Shown: piece after piece, positions 43,035 through 52,549 of the stretch
Layout of the letters: the number at the start of each line of letters is the position of its first letter
Position numbering within the stretch: the stretch's first letter is position 1
Assembly: GCA_964511535.1 (NCBI GenBank)
Contig: CAZEFW010000032.1
Span: forward strand, 302-64,301
Length of the DNA: 64,000 nt
DNA from: an uncultured Myxococcales bacterium
GTDB taxonomy: Bacteria; Myxococcota_A; Polyangia; GCA-2747355; CAZCFB01
Direction of reading: 5' to 3'
Translations under genes and position numbers: made by a program
Notes under the pieces: generated by a model
What the model was told of the DNA's origin: nothing
The model's database searches: none
The model's input: only the letters and a program-made list of their open reading frames with translations

Positions 43035-43955
43035 TTACCTGGCGCGCGCGCGCAGCGCCGCCAGCAGATCGTCCCAGGGCGCCGGCACCTCGAAGCTGCC
43101 CTCGTCGTCAGGCAGGGCCACCTTGCTGGCGTGCAGCAGGGCGCCGGCATTTTCCCGGCCGGGCAGGTCCAGGGGCGCGCCGCCGTACAGGGTGTCGCCC
43201 GCCAGGGGGTGGCCGAGGTGTGCCAGGTGAACGCGGACCTGGTGGCGCCGCCCGGTGGCGCTCTGTACCCGCACGAGGGTGTGACCGCCCAGCTGCTCCA
43301 GCGGCTCCACCACGCTGCGCGCCTCGTGGGCGGGATCCGGGAGGTACTCCTCCACGGCCGCCACCCGGGTGCGGTCCCCGGGCACGGGCTTGACCGATGC
43401 GGTGACCTCCGCGCCCTCCGCCAGCGCGCCGGTGGCCACTGCGAGGTACTCCTTGGTGACCCGGCCATCGCCGAACTGCTGTCGCAGGCGGCTGTAGGTC
43501 TCTGGATCCCGCGCGGCCAGCAGCACGCCGCTGGTGGAGCGGTCCAGGCGGTGCACCAGCCCGGCCTCGCGCGGGTCCGGCGAGGCCCCCACGCAGTCGG
43601 GAAAACGCGCCGCGATGCCGTTGGCCACGGTGCCGCGCTCGGCAGGCCGGAGCGGGTGGCAGGGCAGCCCGGCGGCCTTGTTGATGGCCACCAGATCCGC
43701 GCGCTCGGCGATGATCTCCAGCGGGATCTCTGGCTGGGGCGTCGGGCCTACCTGGGCGGCCGCGGCAGGCAGCGACACCCGCTGCCCGGCCCGCAACCGC
43801 AGGCCCTTCTTGGCGCCGCGCCGGCCATCCACCCGCACCTCGCCGGCCGCGATGAGCCGCGCCGCGCCGGCGCCGCCCATGTGGGGCAAGCGCGCGCACA
43901 GGAACCGATCCAGACGAAGCCCTGCCTCGTCCGGTCGGACCTGGTAGTCGATCAT
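43035..43955 (-). CDS. RluA-family 23S rRNA pseudouridine synthase (RluD-like, with S4 domain)
   Basis: HRLDRSTSGVLLAA catalytic Asp motif. HQVRVHLAHLGHPLAGD. Confidence 0.85.
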   Translation of the reverse strand: MIDYQVRPDEAGLRLDRFLCARLPHMGGAGAARLIAAGEVRVDGRRGAKKGLRLRAGQRVSLPAAAAQVGPTPQPEIPLEIIAERADLVAINKAAGLPCHPLRPAERGTVANGIAARFPDCVGASPDPREAGLVHRLDRSTSGVLLAARDPETYSRLRQQFGDGRVTKEYLAVATGALAEGAEVTASVKPVPGDRTRVAAVEEYLPDPAHEARSVVEPLEQLGGHTLVRVQSATGRRHQVRVHLAHLGHPLAGDTLYGGAPLDLPGRENAGALLHASKVALPDDEGSFEVPAPWDDLLAALRARAR

Positions 43956-44001
43956 GGGGAAGGAGATTGCTGACAGCTGATCGCTGTCTGCTGAAGGCTG
44001 C

Positions 44002-44403
44002 CTAGCGCTTGCTGAACTGGTAACGCTTGCGGGCGCCCGGCTGACCGTACTTCTTGCGCTCCTTGACGCGGGCGTCGCGCGTGAGGTAGCCGGCCTTCTT
44101 CAGCGGCGGGCGCAGCTCGTCGCTGAACTGCAGCAGCGCGCGGGAGATCCCGTGGCGCACGGCCGCGGCCTGGCCCGTCGAACCACCACCGTGCACGTTG
44201 GCCTTGATGTCGAACTTGGCCTCGTTCTCGGTGAGCACCAGCGGCTGCATGAGCACCAGCCGGTTGGTGGCGCGAGGGAAGTAGTCCTCCATGTCGCGGT
44301 CATTGATCAGGACGCGCCCGGTGCCGGGGGTCATCCATACCCGGGCCACGGCAGCCTTGCGGCGGCCGGTGCCGTAGAAACGATCTTGGGTCTCGGTGGT
44401 CAT
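44002..44403 (-). CDS. rpsI: 30S ribosomal protein S9
   Basis: I chose the internal ATG of ORF 44002..44793 ([22 protein letters not shown] ... [19 protein letters not shown] ... [18 protein letters not shown]). Confidence 0.95.
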   Translation of the reverse strand: MTTETQDRFYGTGRRKAAVARVWMTPGTGRVLINDRDMEDYFPRATNRLVLMQPLVLTENEAKFDIKANVHGGGSTGQAAAVRHGISRALLQFSDELRPPLKKAGYLTRDARVKERKKYGQPGARKRYQFSKR

Positions 44404-44837
44404 GCCTGGATCTCCACTGCCTTGGGCTGCTGGGCCTCGTGGGGATGCTGCGCCCCGGCGTAGACCTTGAGCTTCTTGAGGAGCCTGCGACCGAGCGGTC
44501 CCTTGGGCAGCATGCCCCAGACCGCGTGGAACACCAGGTCCTCCGGTTTCTTCTCCCGCATCTCCGCGGCGGAGGTGGTCTTGAGCGCCCCCGGAAACCC
44601 GCTGTGGGAGTAGTAGTTTTTCTGCTCTTCCTTGCGACCGGTGAGCTTGACCCCCGCGGCGTTGACCACGACGACGAAGTCGCCAGTGTCCACGTGGGGA
44701 GTAAACTGGGGCTTGTTCTTGCCCCGCAGGATGCGTGCAATGGCGGTGGCGGCCCGGCCGAGGGTCACCCCGTCCAGATCCACCAGCACCCACTCGCGGG
44801 CCACTTCACCGGGCTTTGCCTGATAAGTCTTGGACAT
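44400..44837 (-). CDS. rplM: 50S ribosomal protein L13
   Basis: 3' 438 nt of ORF 44400..46010 ([53 protein letters not shown]...). ATGA overlap with rpsI. Confidence 0.95.
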   Translation of the reverse strand: MSKTYQAKPGEVAREWVLVDLDGVTLGRAATAIARILRGKNKPQFTPHVDTGDFVVVVNAAGVKLTGRKEEQKNYYSHSGFPGALKTTSAAEMREKKPEDLVFHAVWGMLPKGPLGRRLLKKLKVYAGAQHPHEAQQPKAVEIQA

Positions 44838-44901
44838 CTTTATTCCTATACCTTTCGTAACCAGTGACGCGTAGCGCGGCCCTGGGGGTCGAAACCGGGA
44901 G

Positions 44902-44930
44902 TTTGTACTGTCTTGACGCGCGGCTGTCAA
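44902..44930 (-). promoter_or_regulatory. Putative sigma70 promoter of rplM-rpsI
   Basis: On the minus strand: TTGACA, 17-nt spacer, TACAAA, about 65 nt upstream of the rplM ATG. Confidence 0.45.
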
Positions 44931-44978
44931 CCTCGGAAGGCTTAACAACCGCTTTTTATGGTGATACTTGGAACACCC

Positions 44979-46703
44979 ATGCTGCTGCATATCCACATCA
45001 AGGATCTGGCCATCATCCACGAAGTCGAACTCAGCCCGGGTCCAGGGCTCAACATCCTGACCGGGGAGACCGGCGCGGGCAAATCGATCATCGTCGGTGC
45101 CGCCGGGCTGCTGCTGGGGGGGCGAGCCTCTGCTGACATTGTGCGCAAGGGGCAGCGGGAGGCGGTCGTGGAGGCGTTGTTCGATCTGACCAGCCTGCCC
45201 AACGTGGCCCGGGCCGTCACCGAGGCGGGGCTCCCGCTGGAGGGGGAGGAGCTGCTGCTGCGGCGCGTGATCTCGCGGGCCGGCCGGGGGCGGGTGCATG
45301 TCAACGGCGCGCTTTGCACCCTGGCCGTGTTGCGAGGCATCACCAGGGAGCTGCTGGACATCAGCGGTCAGCACGAGCACCAGCTGCTGTCGGATCGGGC
45401 GCGGCAGCGGCGGATCCTCGATGCCCTCGCCCTGGGCGCGGGCCAGATCGAGACCATGGCCAGGCGGCACGCCGAGCTGGGCAAGGTCTCCTCCAGGCTG
45501 GCCCAGGGGCGGCAGGAGGAGAAGCAGCAGGCAGAGCGGCAGGACTTCCTGGCCTACCAGCTGCGGGAGCTGGAGGGGGCCGACCTGCGCCAGGGCGAGG
45601 ACGAGCAGCTCGCCCTGGAGCGCGAGCGCTTGCAGCGCGCATCGGAGCTCACCGGCGTGGCGCTGGAGGGAGAGGAAGATCTGTACGGCGGGGACGGGTC
45701 GGTGAGCGAACGGCTGGCCCTGCTCCGGCGCCGGCTGGAGGAGCTCGCGCACCTGGATCCCGCGCTGCCGGGGCTGGCCGGGCAGCTTGAAGAGGCGGGT
45801 CTGCAGGTGGAGGACGTGGCGCACTCCCTGCGCCGGCTCGGTGCCGCGGCGGAGCTCGATCCGGCCCGGCTGGAGCAGGTGGAGGCGCGGCTGGATCTGC
45901 TGCACCGCCTGGGGCGCAAGCATGGCCGTACAGTGGCAGAGATGCTGGCTCGCCAGGAAAAGATGCAGGCCGAGTTGGCGCGGCTGGAGTCGCTGGAGCA
46001 TCACCTGCATGACCTCGAGTCAAATCTAGAAAAAAAGAGAAAAGCATCCGAAAAAGAAGCGAAAAAAGTGGAGAATAAACGTCGGAAGGCGGCGCGCAAG
46101 CTGGCGGCCGAGGTCACCGATCACCTGACGCGGCTGCGCATGGAAGGGGCCCGGCTCAAGGTGGACCTGAGCGCCCTGCAGGCGCGGGATGGCGACGATC
46201 CGGCGCTGGTTTTTGCAGACAGGCGGCTGGCGAGCCATGGCTGGGACAGCGTGGAGTTCCTCATGGCCACCAACCCGGGGGAGGATCCCAAGCCCCTGGC
46301 GCGCATCGCCTCCGGGGGAGAGCTGAGCCGGGTGATGCTGGCGCTGCACCGGGTCCTGGGCGAGTACGAGCCTCGCGCCACGGCGGTGTATGACGAGGTG
46401 GACGCCGGGGTAGGGGGGGCGGTGGCAGATGTGGTGGGGCGCTATCTGGCGGACGTGAGCGCCCACCGTCAGGTGCTTTGTGTGACTCACCTGCCCCAGG
46501 TGGCCGCCCACGCCGCGCACCACTTCCACGTGGACAAGACCGTGGCCCGACGCGGAAAAAAGGCCCGGGCGCGCACCCGGCTGCGGACCCTGGATCCAGC
46601 CCAACAGGTGGAGGAGCTGGCCCGCATGCTCGGCGGCGAAGAGGTGACCGAAGAGGCCCGCGCCAACGCCCGCCGCCTGCTCGAGACCGCCGCGGGATCC
46701 TGA
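44979..46703 (+). CDS. recN: DNA repair protein RecN
   Basis: [41 protein letters not shown] ... [18 protein letters not shown] ... GQHEHQLL is collinear with E. coli RecN. The start is ATG 44979; the alternative is 44958. Confidence 0.9.
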   Translation: MLLHIHIKDLAIIHEVELSPGPGLNILTGETGAGKSIIVGAAGLLLGGRASADIVRKGQREAVVEALFDLTSLPNVARAVTEAGLPLEGEELLLRRVISRAGRGRVHVNGALCTLAVLRGITRELLDISGQHEHQLLSDRARQRRILDALALGAGQIETMARRHAELGKVSSRLAQGRQEEKQQAERQDFLAYQLRELEGADLRQGEDEQLALERERLQRASELTGVALEGEEDLYGGDGSVSERLALLRRRLEELAHLDPALPGLAGQLEEAGLQVEDVAHSLRRLGAAAELDPARLEQVEARLDLLHRLGRKHGRTVAEMLARQEKMQAELARLESLEHHLHDLESNLEKKRKASEKEAKKVENKRRKAARKLAAEVTDHLTRLRMEGARLKVDLSALQARDGDDPALVFADRRLASHGWDSVEFLMATNPGEDPKPLARIASGGELSRVMLALHRVLGEYEPRATAVYDEVDAGVGGAVADVVGRYLADVSAHRQVLCVTHLPQVAAHAAHHFHVDKTVARRGKKARARTRLRTLDPAQQVEELARMLGGEEVTEEARANARRLLETAAGS

Positions 46704-46719
46704 TCCTCCCCCCCTCAAT

Positions 46720-46762
46720 AAAATGTCAATTAGGGGGGTCAGACCCCACCGGTTGACACTTT
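46720..46762. repeat. 43-bp nested palindromic element, copy 3
   Basis: aaaatgtcaattaggggggtcagaccccaccggttgacacttt. Confidence 0.85.
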
Positions 46763-46881
46763 ACGGAGGGGGAGGGGCCGGGGCTGAATTGACACTCCGG
46801 TGTCCGGCGTGCTACCCAGAGACCTGCTGCGGCTCTTCCCCCACGACTACCGGTGCATACCGACGCCCAGCGACGATACGC

Positions 46882-48246
46882 ATGAGACGACAGGACTACT
46901 ACGGTTTCCGCACACAATCGCGGCGCTCCCGGCGCAAGGGCAGCTGGCGTGGCAGCATGCGCCTCGGGCTGTTGTTCGCGGTGCTGGTGGGCATCAACGT
47001 CTACGTCTTCTTCTTCCGCGGCGGCACCTCGATCCAGGACATCCTCAAGGCGAGCGCCATCAAGAAGAGCGATGCGGCCGAGACATCCGGCAAGGGCAAG
47101 GCCACCGCGGACGGCGCCAAGGACCCGTTGCTGGGCGATCAGGCCGCCACCGAAGGCGCGCTGGTCATCAAGGGCAGCATGAAGGGGCACCTCGGCCTCT
47201 CCACCGCCCTGACCGCCAACAAGCTCGACGCCCGCCAGGCGGCAGAGCTCATCGAGGCCCTCAAGCCGGTGCTCAACATGCGCGCCCTGCAGCCGGGCCA
47301 CAGCTTCGAGCTGCACCTGGACGCCGCCAGCGGCACCCTGCGCAAGTTCATCTATCGCCTGTCCAAGATCTCCGCCGTGGTCGCCAGCCGCGGCGTGGGC
47401 GGCGGGCTGCGCGCCCGCAAGGCGGACCGCAAGATGGACGTCAAGGTGCTCAGGCTTGGGGGCAACGTGACCACGTCCCTGGGCCACGCGATCCAGCAGG
47501 AGGGCGAGGCGTCCTCCCTGGTGGCCCGGTTCGTCTCGCTGCTGTCCTACGACATCAACTGGTACGCCGATCCGCGCGAGGGAGACGAGTACCGGCTCAT
47601 CGTCGAGAAGCGCTTCCTGGACGGCAAGTTCTACGGTTACGGCAAGGTCCTGGCCGGAGAGTACAAGGGCGTCATCGGCCGGCGCCAGGTGTTCTACTAC
47701 AAGGACCGCGCCGGCAAGGGCGGCCACTACACCCCGGAGGGGCGCTCGGTATACCGTTCGTTCCTCAAGGTGCCGCTCAACTTCAGGCGCATCAGCTCCA
47801 AGTTTGATCGCAAGCGCTACCACCCCGTGCTCCACCGCACAAAGGGCCACTACGGCGTGGACTACGCCGCTGCCCCGGGCACTCCGGTGTGGGCCACCGC
47901 CGCTGGGGTCGTGACCAAGTCGGGCCGCTACGGCGGCGCGGGCAAGATGGTCCAGGTGCTGCACAAGAACAGCGTCAGCAGCGTGTACATGCATTTCTCC
48001 CGCATCGAGCGGGGCATCCGCGTTGGCAAGAAGGTGCGCCAGCGGCAAGTGATCGGATATGTCGGCTCAACTGGCCTGGCGAGCGGGCCTCACCTGCACT
48101 ACGGTATCTACGTACGTGGCAAGTATGTAGACCCGTTGAAGTTCGACGCTGGCAAGGGGCCGCTGCTACCCAAGGCAGAGCGCCTGCGCTTTCTGGATCA
48201 GCTGCCCGATCGCCGCGCCGAGCTGGAGAGCATCACAGTCGATTGA
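46882..48246 (+). CDS. M23 family (LytM-type) metallopeptidase with an N-terminal TM anchor
   Basis: HYGVDYAAAPGTPVWA and GSTGLASGPHLHYGI motifs. I chose ATG 46882 because the upstream part of ORF 46723.. translates the palindromic repeat. Confidence 0.85.
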   Translation: MRRQDYYGFRTQSRRSRRKGSWRGSMRLGLLFAVLVGINVYVFFFRGGTSIQDILKASAIKKSDAAETSGKGKATADGAKDPLLGDQAATEGALVIKGSMKGHLGLSTALTANKLDARQAAELIEALKPVLNMRALQPGHSFELHLDAASGTLRKFIYRLSKISAVVASRGVGGGLRARKADRKMDVKVLRLGGNVTTSLGHAIQQEGEASSLVARFVSLLSYDINWYADPREGDEYRLIVEKRFLDGKFYGYGKVLAGEYKGVIGRRQVFYYKDRAGKGGHYTPEGRSVYRSFLKVPLNFRRISSKFDRKRYHPVLHRTKGHYGVDYAAAPGTPVWATAAGVVTKSGRYGGAGKMVQVLHKNSVSSVYMHFSRIERGIRVGKKVRQRQVIGYVGSTGLASGPHLHYGIYVRGKYVDPLKFDAGKGPLLPKAERLRFLDQLPDRRAELESITVD

Positions 48247-48259
48247 TCACATCTAGCTC

Positions 48260-49132
48260 ATGAGCGAACCCCAGGCACAGACAGGCGCCGGGCCGGGAGG
48301 CCCGATCTCTGGTACCGCAACCGACCCGGTGGCTGGCACCGGGACGTTGTTCCTGGACGTGTGGCGCAGCTTCCCGCTGGTCAAGCGCCTGGCCCTGACC
48401 GACTTCCGCGGCTCCTACTCGGGCTCGGCCCTGGGCGTGGTCTGGGCGGTGGTCCAGCCGCTGGTGATGATATCGCTCTACACGCTGATCTTCGCCGTGG
48501 TGCTCAAGGTGAAGGTGGGCGCCAAGGGCAGCGTCACCGACTTCGGCCTGTTCCTGATCTGCGGCATGATCTCGTTCAACATCGTCGCCGACGCCATCCG
48601 CCGATCGGCCGACGTGTTCATCCAGCAGTCCCACCTGCTGCGGCGCCTGCCCATGCCGCCGGCGGTGCTGCCTGCTGCGCGGGTCTCCACCGTGCTCATC
48701 GAGCAGTGCATCGCGCTGCTGATCTTCTTCGCGCTGCTGTTCGTCTTCGGCCGCCCGCCCGGGTTCAAGGCCCTTGCCTTCGTGGCGATCCTGCCGATAC
48801 AGATCGCCATCGCCCTGGGCATCTCCACCGCCATCGCCTGCATCACGGTGATGTTCCGGGACATCGGCGCGCTGACCGACTCGCTGGTCACCATCTGGTT
48901 TCTCGGCACCCCCATCTTCTACCCGCGGGACTTCCTGCCCCCCATGCTGCGCCAGATCATCGACTGCAACCCGATGACCGCGGTGGTGGAGGCCTACCGA
49001 TCGTTGCTGCTGCACAACACCTGGCCGCCTGTTGTGGACCTGGCCTACGCCGCCGCCTTCGGCGTGTTCTTCATGCTGGCGGGCAACTGGGTCTACGGGC
49101 AAGTGCGGGGCCAGATCATCGACCACGTTTGA
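48260..49132 (+). CDS. ABC-2 type polysaccharide/O-antigen export permease (Wzm/TagG/KpsM-like)
   Basis: Six TM segments. LALTDFRGSYSGSALGVVWAVVQPL N-terminal signature. No cognate ATPase gene is adjacent. Confidence 0.75.
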   Translation: MSEPQAQTGAGPGGPISGTATDPVAGTGTLFLDVWRSFPLVKRLALTDFRGSYSGSALGVVWAVVQPLVMISLYTLIFAVVLKVKVGAKGSVTDFGLFLICGMISFNIVADAIRRSADVFIQQSHLLRRLPMPPAVLPAARVSTVLIEQCIALLIFFALLFVFGRPPGFKALAFVAILPIQIAIALGISTAIACITVMFRDIGALTDSLVTIWFLGTPIFYPRDFLPPMLRQIIDCNPMTAVVEAYRSLLLHNTWPPVVDLAYAAAFGVFFMLAGNWVYGQVRGQIIDHV

Positions 49133-49154
49133 ACCGAACACCCGGAGCTGAGCC

Positions 49155-50045
49155 GTGGAAGCCGCCGACTGCTATGTCTGGGACCTGAACCCGATCATCT
49201 TCAAGCTGGGCTCGCTGCAGATCCGCTACTACGGGCTGCTCTTCGCCTCCGCCTTCTACCTCGGCTACCGCACCTTGCTGTGGCAGTTCGGCCGCCCGGG
49301 GATGGACCTCGACCTGGCCCGGCGCTACTTCCTGTACATCTTCTTCGGCGCCGTGCTCGGCTCCTTCTTCGGCCACCGCATCTTCTACCGGTGGGATGTG
49401 TTCGTGGACAACCCGCTGTCGGTGTTCGACATCCGGGGCGGGATGAAGGGCCTGGCCAGCCACGGGGCGACCGTCGGCATCCTGACCGGCATGTTCATCT
49501 TCAGCCGGCTTACCAGGATCCGTTTCCTCGAGCTTGGCGACCGGGTGATCTTCGGCGTGGCCATCGGCGCCACCCTGGTGCGGGTGGGCAACTTCTTCAA
49601 CTCGGAGATCGTGGGTCGCCAGAGCGATGTGGCCTGGGCAGTCTGCTTCCCGCGCTTCGATCGGGGAGCAATGATCCCGCGCCACCCGAGCCAGGTCTAC
49701 GAGACGATCCTCGGGCTGTCGGTGCTGGCGCTGCTCTTCATCGTGGATCGCCTGGCGGGCAAGGATGAGCGTCCCATGGGGTTGCTGTTCGGCACCTTCA
49801 TGACCACCTACTTCGCCGGTCGGTTCGGCGTGGAGTACTTCAAGGCGTACCAGGCGCTGCCCACCAGCTACCCCCTGACCATGGGGCAGTGGCTGAGCAT
49901 CCCGTTCTTCCTGCTGGGGGTCGCGGTGGTGATCTGGTCCCTCAAGACGCGCCGCCCCGGGCACATCCCGCCCTCCGAGCCGGGCGCACCTGCCAGACCT
50001 GGCAAATCTCGCGGGTCTCGTAAACGGTCGAAGAAAAAAAGGTAA
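49155..50045 (+). CDS. lgt: Prolipoprotein diacylglyceryl transferase
   Basis: YYGLLFASAF, GGMKGLASHGA, RVGNFFNSEIVG, PRHPSQVYE, MGQWLSIP blocks are collinear with E. coli Lgt. Basic C-terminal tail. Confidence 0.9.
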   Translation: MEAADCYVWDLNPIIFKLGSLQIRYYGLLFASAFYLGYRTLLWQFGRPGMDLDLARRYFLYIFFGAVLGSFFGHRIFYRWDVFVDNPLSVFDIRGGMKGLASHGATVGILTGMFIFSRLTRIRFLELGDRVIFGVAIGATLVRVGNFFNSEIVGRQSDVAWAVCFPRFDRGAMIPRHPSQVYETILGLSVLALLFIVDRLAGKDERPMGLLFGTFMTTYFAGRFGVEYFKAYQALPTSYPLTMGQWLSIPFFLLGVAVVIWSLKTRRPGHIPPSEPGAPARPGKSRGSRKRSKKKR

Positions 50046-50178
50046 TAGGGAGTACCTAAAAAAACTGAAAATAAAGTCTTGAAATCCTCCAAAACCTGTA
50101 TAAACATGAGATCTGTCCAGACGGGCGGCACGGCTGCCTTTAGATGTCGCCCCGCTGGCTCTGGTTACGGAGGACACC

Positions 50179-50787
50179 ATGCAAGAGAGCGCAGGCGGCA
50201 GGCCAGAACCTAAACTCCCGGAATCAAACGTCGATCAGAGGTTGGCTGCCCTCGAGCAGCGGGTCGAGGTGCTGGAGCGCTCCCAGGCGTCAGCAGATGA
50301 TTCGGTCTGTATCGTGGTCTACAGCGGCACCCTCGACAAGCTGCTCGCCACCATGAACATCGCCACCGGCGCGGCTGCCATGGGCTGCAAGGTGCGGCTC
50401 TTCTTCACCTTCTGGGGCACCGCGGCGCTACGCAACGCCGACGGCGCCGCCGAGGCCGAGGAGAAGGCCGATCGCAACTTCATGGACAAGATGATGGGCT
50501 GGATGCTGCCCTCCGGGCCGTCCGATCTGAAGCTCTCCACCATGAACATGTGGGGCATGGGCAAGTCGATGATCCGCAAGCGCATGAAGGAGCAGGGCGC
50601 CGCGGATCTGGACGAGCTGTTCCAGATGGCGCGGGACTGCGACGTGGAGATCAACGTCTGCGAGATGAGCATGAACCTGCTCGGGCTCAGCATGGAGGAC
50701 CTGTGCGAGCACGAGGGGATCAAGTGCTGCGGCGTGGGCACCTTTCTCGGCTACGCCCTGGATAGCAAAGTTACCCTCTTCGTTTGA
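50179..50787 (+). CDS. DsrE/DsrF-like (DrsE_2) sulfur-relay family protein with an N-terminal coiled-coil extension
   Basis: VCIVVYSGTLDKLLATMNIATGAAAMGCKVRLFFTFWG ... VCEMSMNLLG. Confidence 0.65.
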   Translation: MQESAGGRPEPKLPESNVDQRLAALEQRVEVLERSQASADDSVCIVVYSGTLDKLLATMNIATGAAAMGCKVRLFFTFWGTAALRNADGAAEAEEKADRNFMDKMMGWMLPSGPSDLKLSTMNMWGMGKSMIRKRMKEQGAADLDELFQMARDCDVEINVCEMSMNLLGLSMEDLCEHEGIKCCGVGTFLGYALDSKVTLFV

Positions 50788-50869
50788 TACGGGCTATCAT
50801 GGGCTCGCTTCACGACATGGGAAGTCGTAGACGTTAACTCCCTTGGGGGGAAAGGCGAGCGCAGGAGAC

Positions 50870-51097
50870 ATGGCTGACAAGACGCTCGACGCGGTGGGGA
50901 TGAAGTGCCCCAAGCCGCTGTTCGAGGTGCACAAATCGATCAAAGACATGGAAGGCGGGCAGGTCCTCGAGGTTCGCGCTGATGACCCGGCCTTCAAGCT
51001 GGACATCGAGGCGTGGTGCCGCCGCACCGGCCACGATCTGATGGAGCTGCAGAAGGAAGATGCCCTCTTCACGGCTCTGATCAAGAAGACTGACTGA
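50870..51097 (+). CDS. TusA/SirA-family sulfurtransferase
   Basis: I chose the internal ATG (AGGAGA Shine-Dalgarno). LDAVGMKCPKPLFEV carries the CPxP active-site motif. Confidence 0.8.
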   Translation: MADKTLDAVGMKCPKPLFEVHKSIKDMEGGQVLEVRADDPAFKLDIEAWCRRTGHDLMELQKEDALFTALIKKTD

Positions 51098-51121
51098 CCG
51101 GCCCGGCGGGCAGGAGACATC

Positions 51122-51490
51122 ATGGCGAACAAACTTCTGGTTATCCTCACCACCGGATCCGAGGACCGCGGCAACCGCGCGACCCTGGCCTACTCCATGG
51201 GCGTGGCCTCCCTCATCTCGGGGGTGGAGGCTACCATCTACCTCACCATGGGCGGCACCGTCTGGTCTCGACAGGGGGCCATCGACCTGGTGCATATCAA
51301 GGGCTTCGAGCCCCTGACGACCTACTCGGAGCAGTTCGTGGAGATGGGCGGGCGGGTCCTGGTGTGCAGCCCGTGCAACGAGTTTCATTGCGCCATCGGC
51401 GCCAGCGAGCCGCTGATAAACGGCGCGGAGCTGGCCGGCCTGACCCATGTGGTGGACCTGGCGCTGGACGCATCCGTGGTGACGCTTTGA
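51122..51490 (+). CDS. DsrE family protein
   Basis: AGGAGA Shine-Dalgarno. KLLVILTTGSEDRGNRATLAY ... VLVCSPC. Confidence 0.7.
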   Translation: MANKLLVILTTGSEDRGNRATLAYSMGVASLISGVEATIYLTMGGTVWSRQGAIDLVHIKGFEPLTTYSEQFVEMGGRVLVCSPCNEFHCAIGASEPLINGAELAGLTHVVDLALDASVVTL

Positions 51491-52545
51491 GCGACGGGCC
51501 TCGCGCCCGTCCTGAGCTCCGCGGGGAAGACCTGATACTGCTGGGAGGCTTCACCCGGGCGCGCCAGGCGCTGGGCAGCGAGGACCCTGGCGTGGTGGAG
51601 GCTGCCCTGGCCGAGCTGGAGGGGCAGGTGGGCGAGCGGCTCACCGAGCTGCGGCAGGGCGCCGAGGCGGTGGCTGACGCCAACGCCCGCGGGGTGGAGA
51701 TCCTCCAGGGGCAGATCGATCTCAACGAGCAGCTGCGCCGCCAGAACGAGCAGCTCCAGCAGCAACAGGACCAGATCCAGGCGCTGCTGGACGAGCTGGT
51801 GGCCGTGGGAAGGAGCCTGCGCGATGGCGAGAACGTGGAGGGCACCGTCCAGCAGCAGCTGGCCGAGCGGTCCACCGCCATGATGGAGCAGGCCGTGGCG
51901 CTGGCCGAGGCCAACGTGCACGCGGTGACCATGCTCGAGGAGCGTGAGACCGCGCTGCTGGAGCTCAAGGTCCGGGCCAAGGAGCTGGAGTCCACCACCG
52001 TCGACCTGGAGACCCAGGCCACGGTGGACGCCCTGACCGGCCTGTTCAACCACCGTTACTTCGTGCACCAGATCGAGCGCGAGATCGCCCGGGCCCAGCG
52101 CCACGGGCGGGAGCTGAGCCTGGCCTTCGTTGACCTGGACAAGTTCAAGCCGATCAACGACCAGTACGGCCACCAGGCCGGCGACAGGGCGCTCAAGCTT
52201 CTGGGTGAGGTGGTGCAGCACACCCTGCGCACGTCGGACCTGACCTTCACCCCTGACGACGGCGAGCCGGTGCTGGCGCGCTATGGCGGCGACGAGTTCG
52301 TGGTCATCCTGCCGGAGACGCCGCTTCAAGGGGCTGGCGTGGCCATGGCGCGGGTGCGCACCGCGGTGCGGGACAGCCCGTTCCCGCTGGCCGACGGCGC
52401 CGAGTCGTACCGCATCACCGTCAGCGTCGGCGTGGCATCCATGCGCGAGGGGGACACGGCCGAGACCCTGGTGGCCCGCGCGGACAGCGCCGTGTACGAG
52501 GCCAAGGAGGGTGGCCGGGATCGCGTGGTGATGGCCGGCGCCTGA
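51487..52545 (+). CDS. Diguanylate cyclase (coiled-coil N-terminus plus GGDEF)
   Basis: RYGGDEFVVIL, DLDKFKPINDQYGHQAGD. The start is uncertain. I chose TTG 51487, which overlaps the upstream TGA; the track ORF begins at 51364, inside the DsrE gene. Confidence 0.8.
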   Translation: MSDGPRARPELRGEDLILLGGFTRARQALGSEDPGVVEAALAELEGQVGERLTELRQGAEAVADANARGVEILQGQIDLNEQLRRQNEQLQQQQDQIQALLDELVAVGRSLRDGENVEGTVQQQLAERSTAMMEQAVALAEANVHAVTMLEERETALLELKVRAKELESTTVDLETQATVDALTGLFNHRYFVHQIEREIARAQRHGRELSLAFVDLDKFKPINDQYGHQAGDRALKLLGEVVQHTLRTSDLTFTPDDGEPVLARYGGDEFVVILPETPLQGAGVAMARVRTAVRDSPFPLADGAESYRITVSVGVASMREGDTAETLVARADSAVYEAKEGGRDRVVMAGA

Positions 52546-52549
52546 GCCG

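Noticed and set aside
39702-43035. A microcompartment or dedicated pathway around the glycyl radical enzyme.
   Set aside because: No BMC shell, aldehyde dehydrogenase, transporter or regulator genes flank it. The neighbours are a secreted glycosidase and rluD/rpsI/rplM.
44838-44978. SOS (LexA) box upstream of recN.
   Set aside because: I found neither a CTGT-N8-ACAG-type palindrome nor a convincing match to the deltaproteobacterial/myxobacterial LexA motifs I remember. The spacer is better explained by the divergent rplM promoter. I cannot exclude a lineage-specific box.
51364-51486. The GGDEF ORF start at 51364 as listed in the track.
   Set aside because: That start would overlap the last 127 nt of the DsrE gene in another frame, and the translated segment is Arg/Gly-rich noise. 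A start at or after the DsrE stop (TTG 51487) is more plausible, but unproven.
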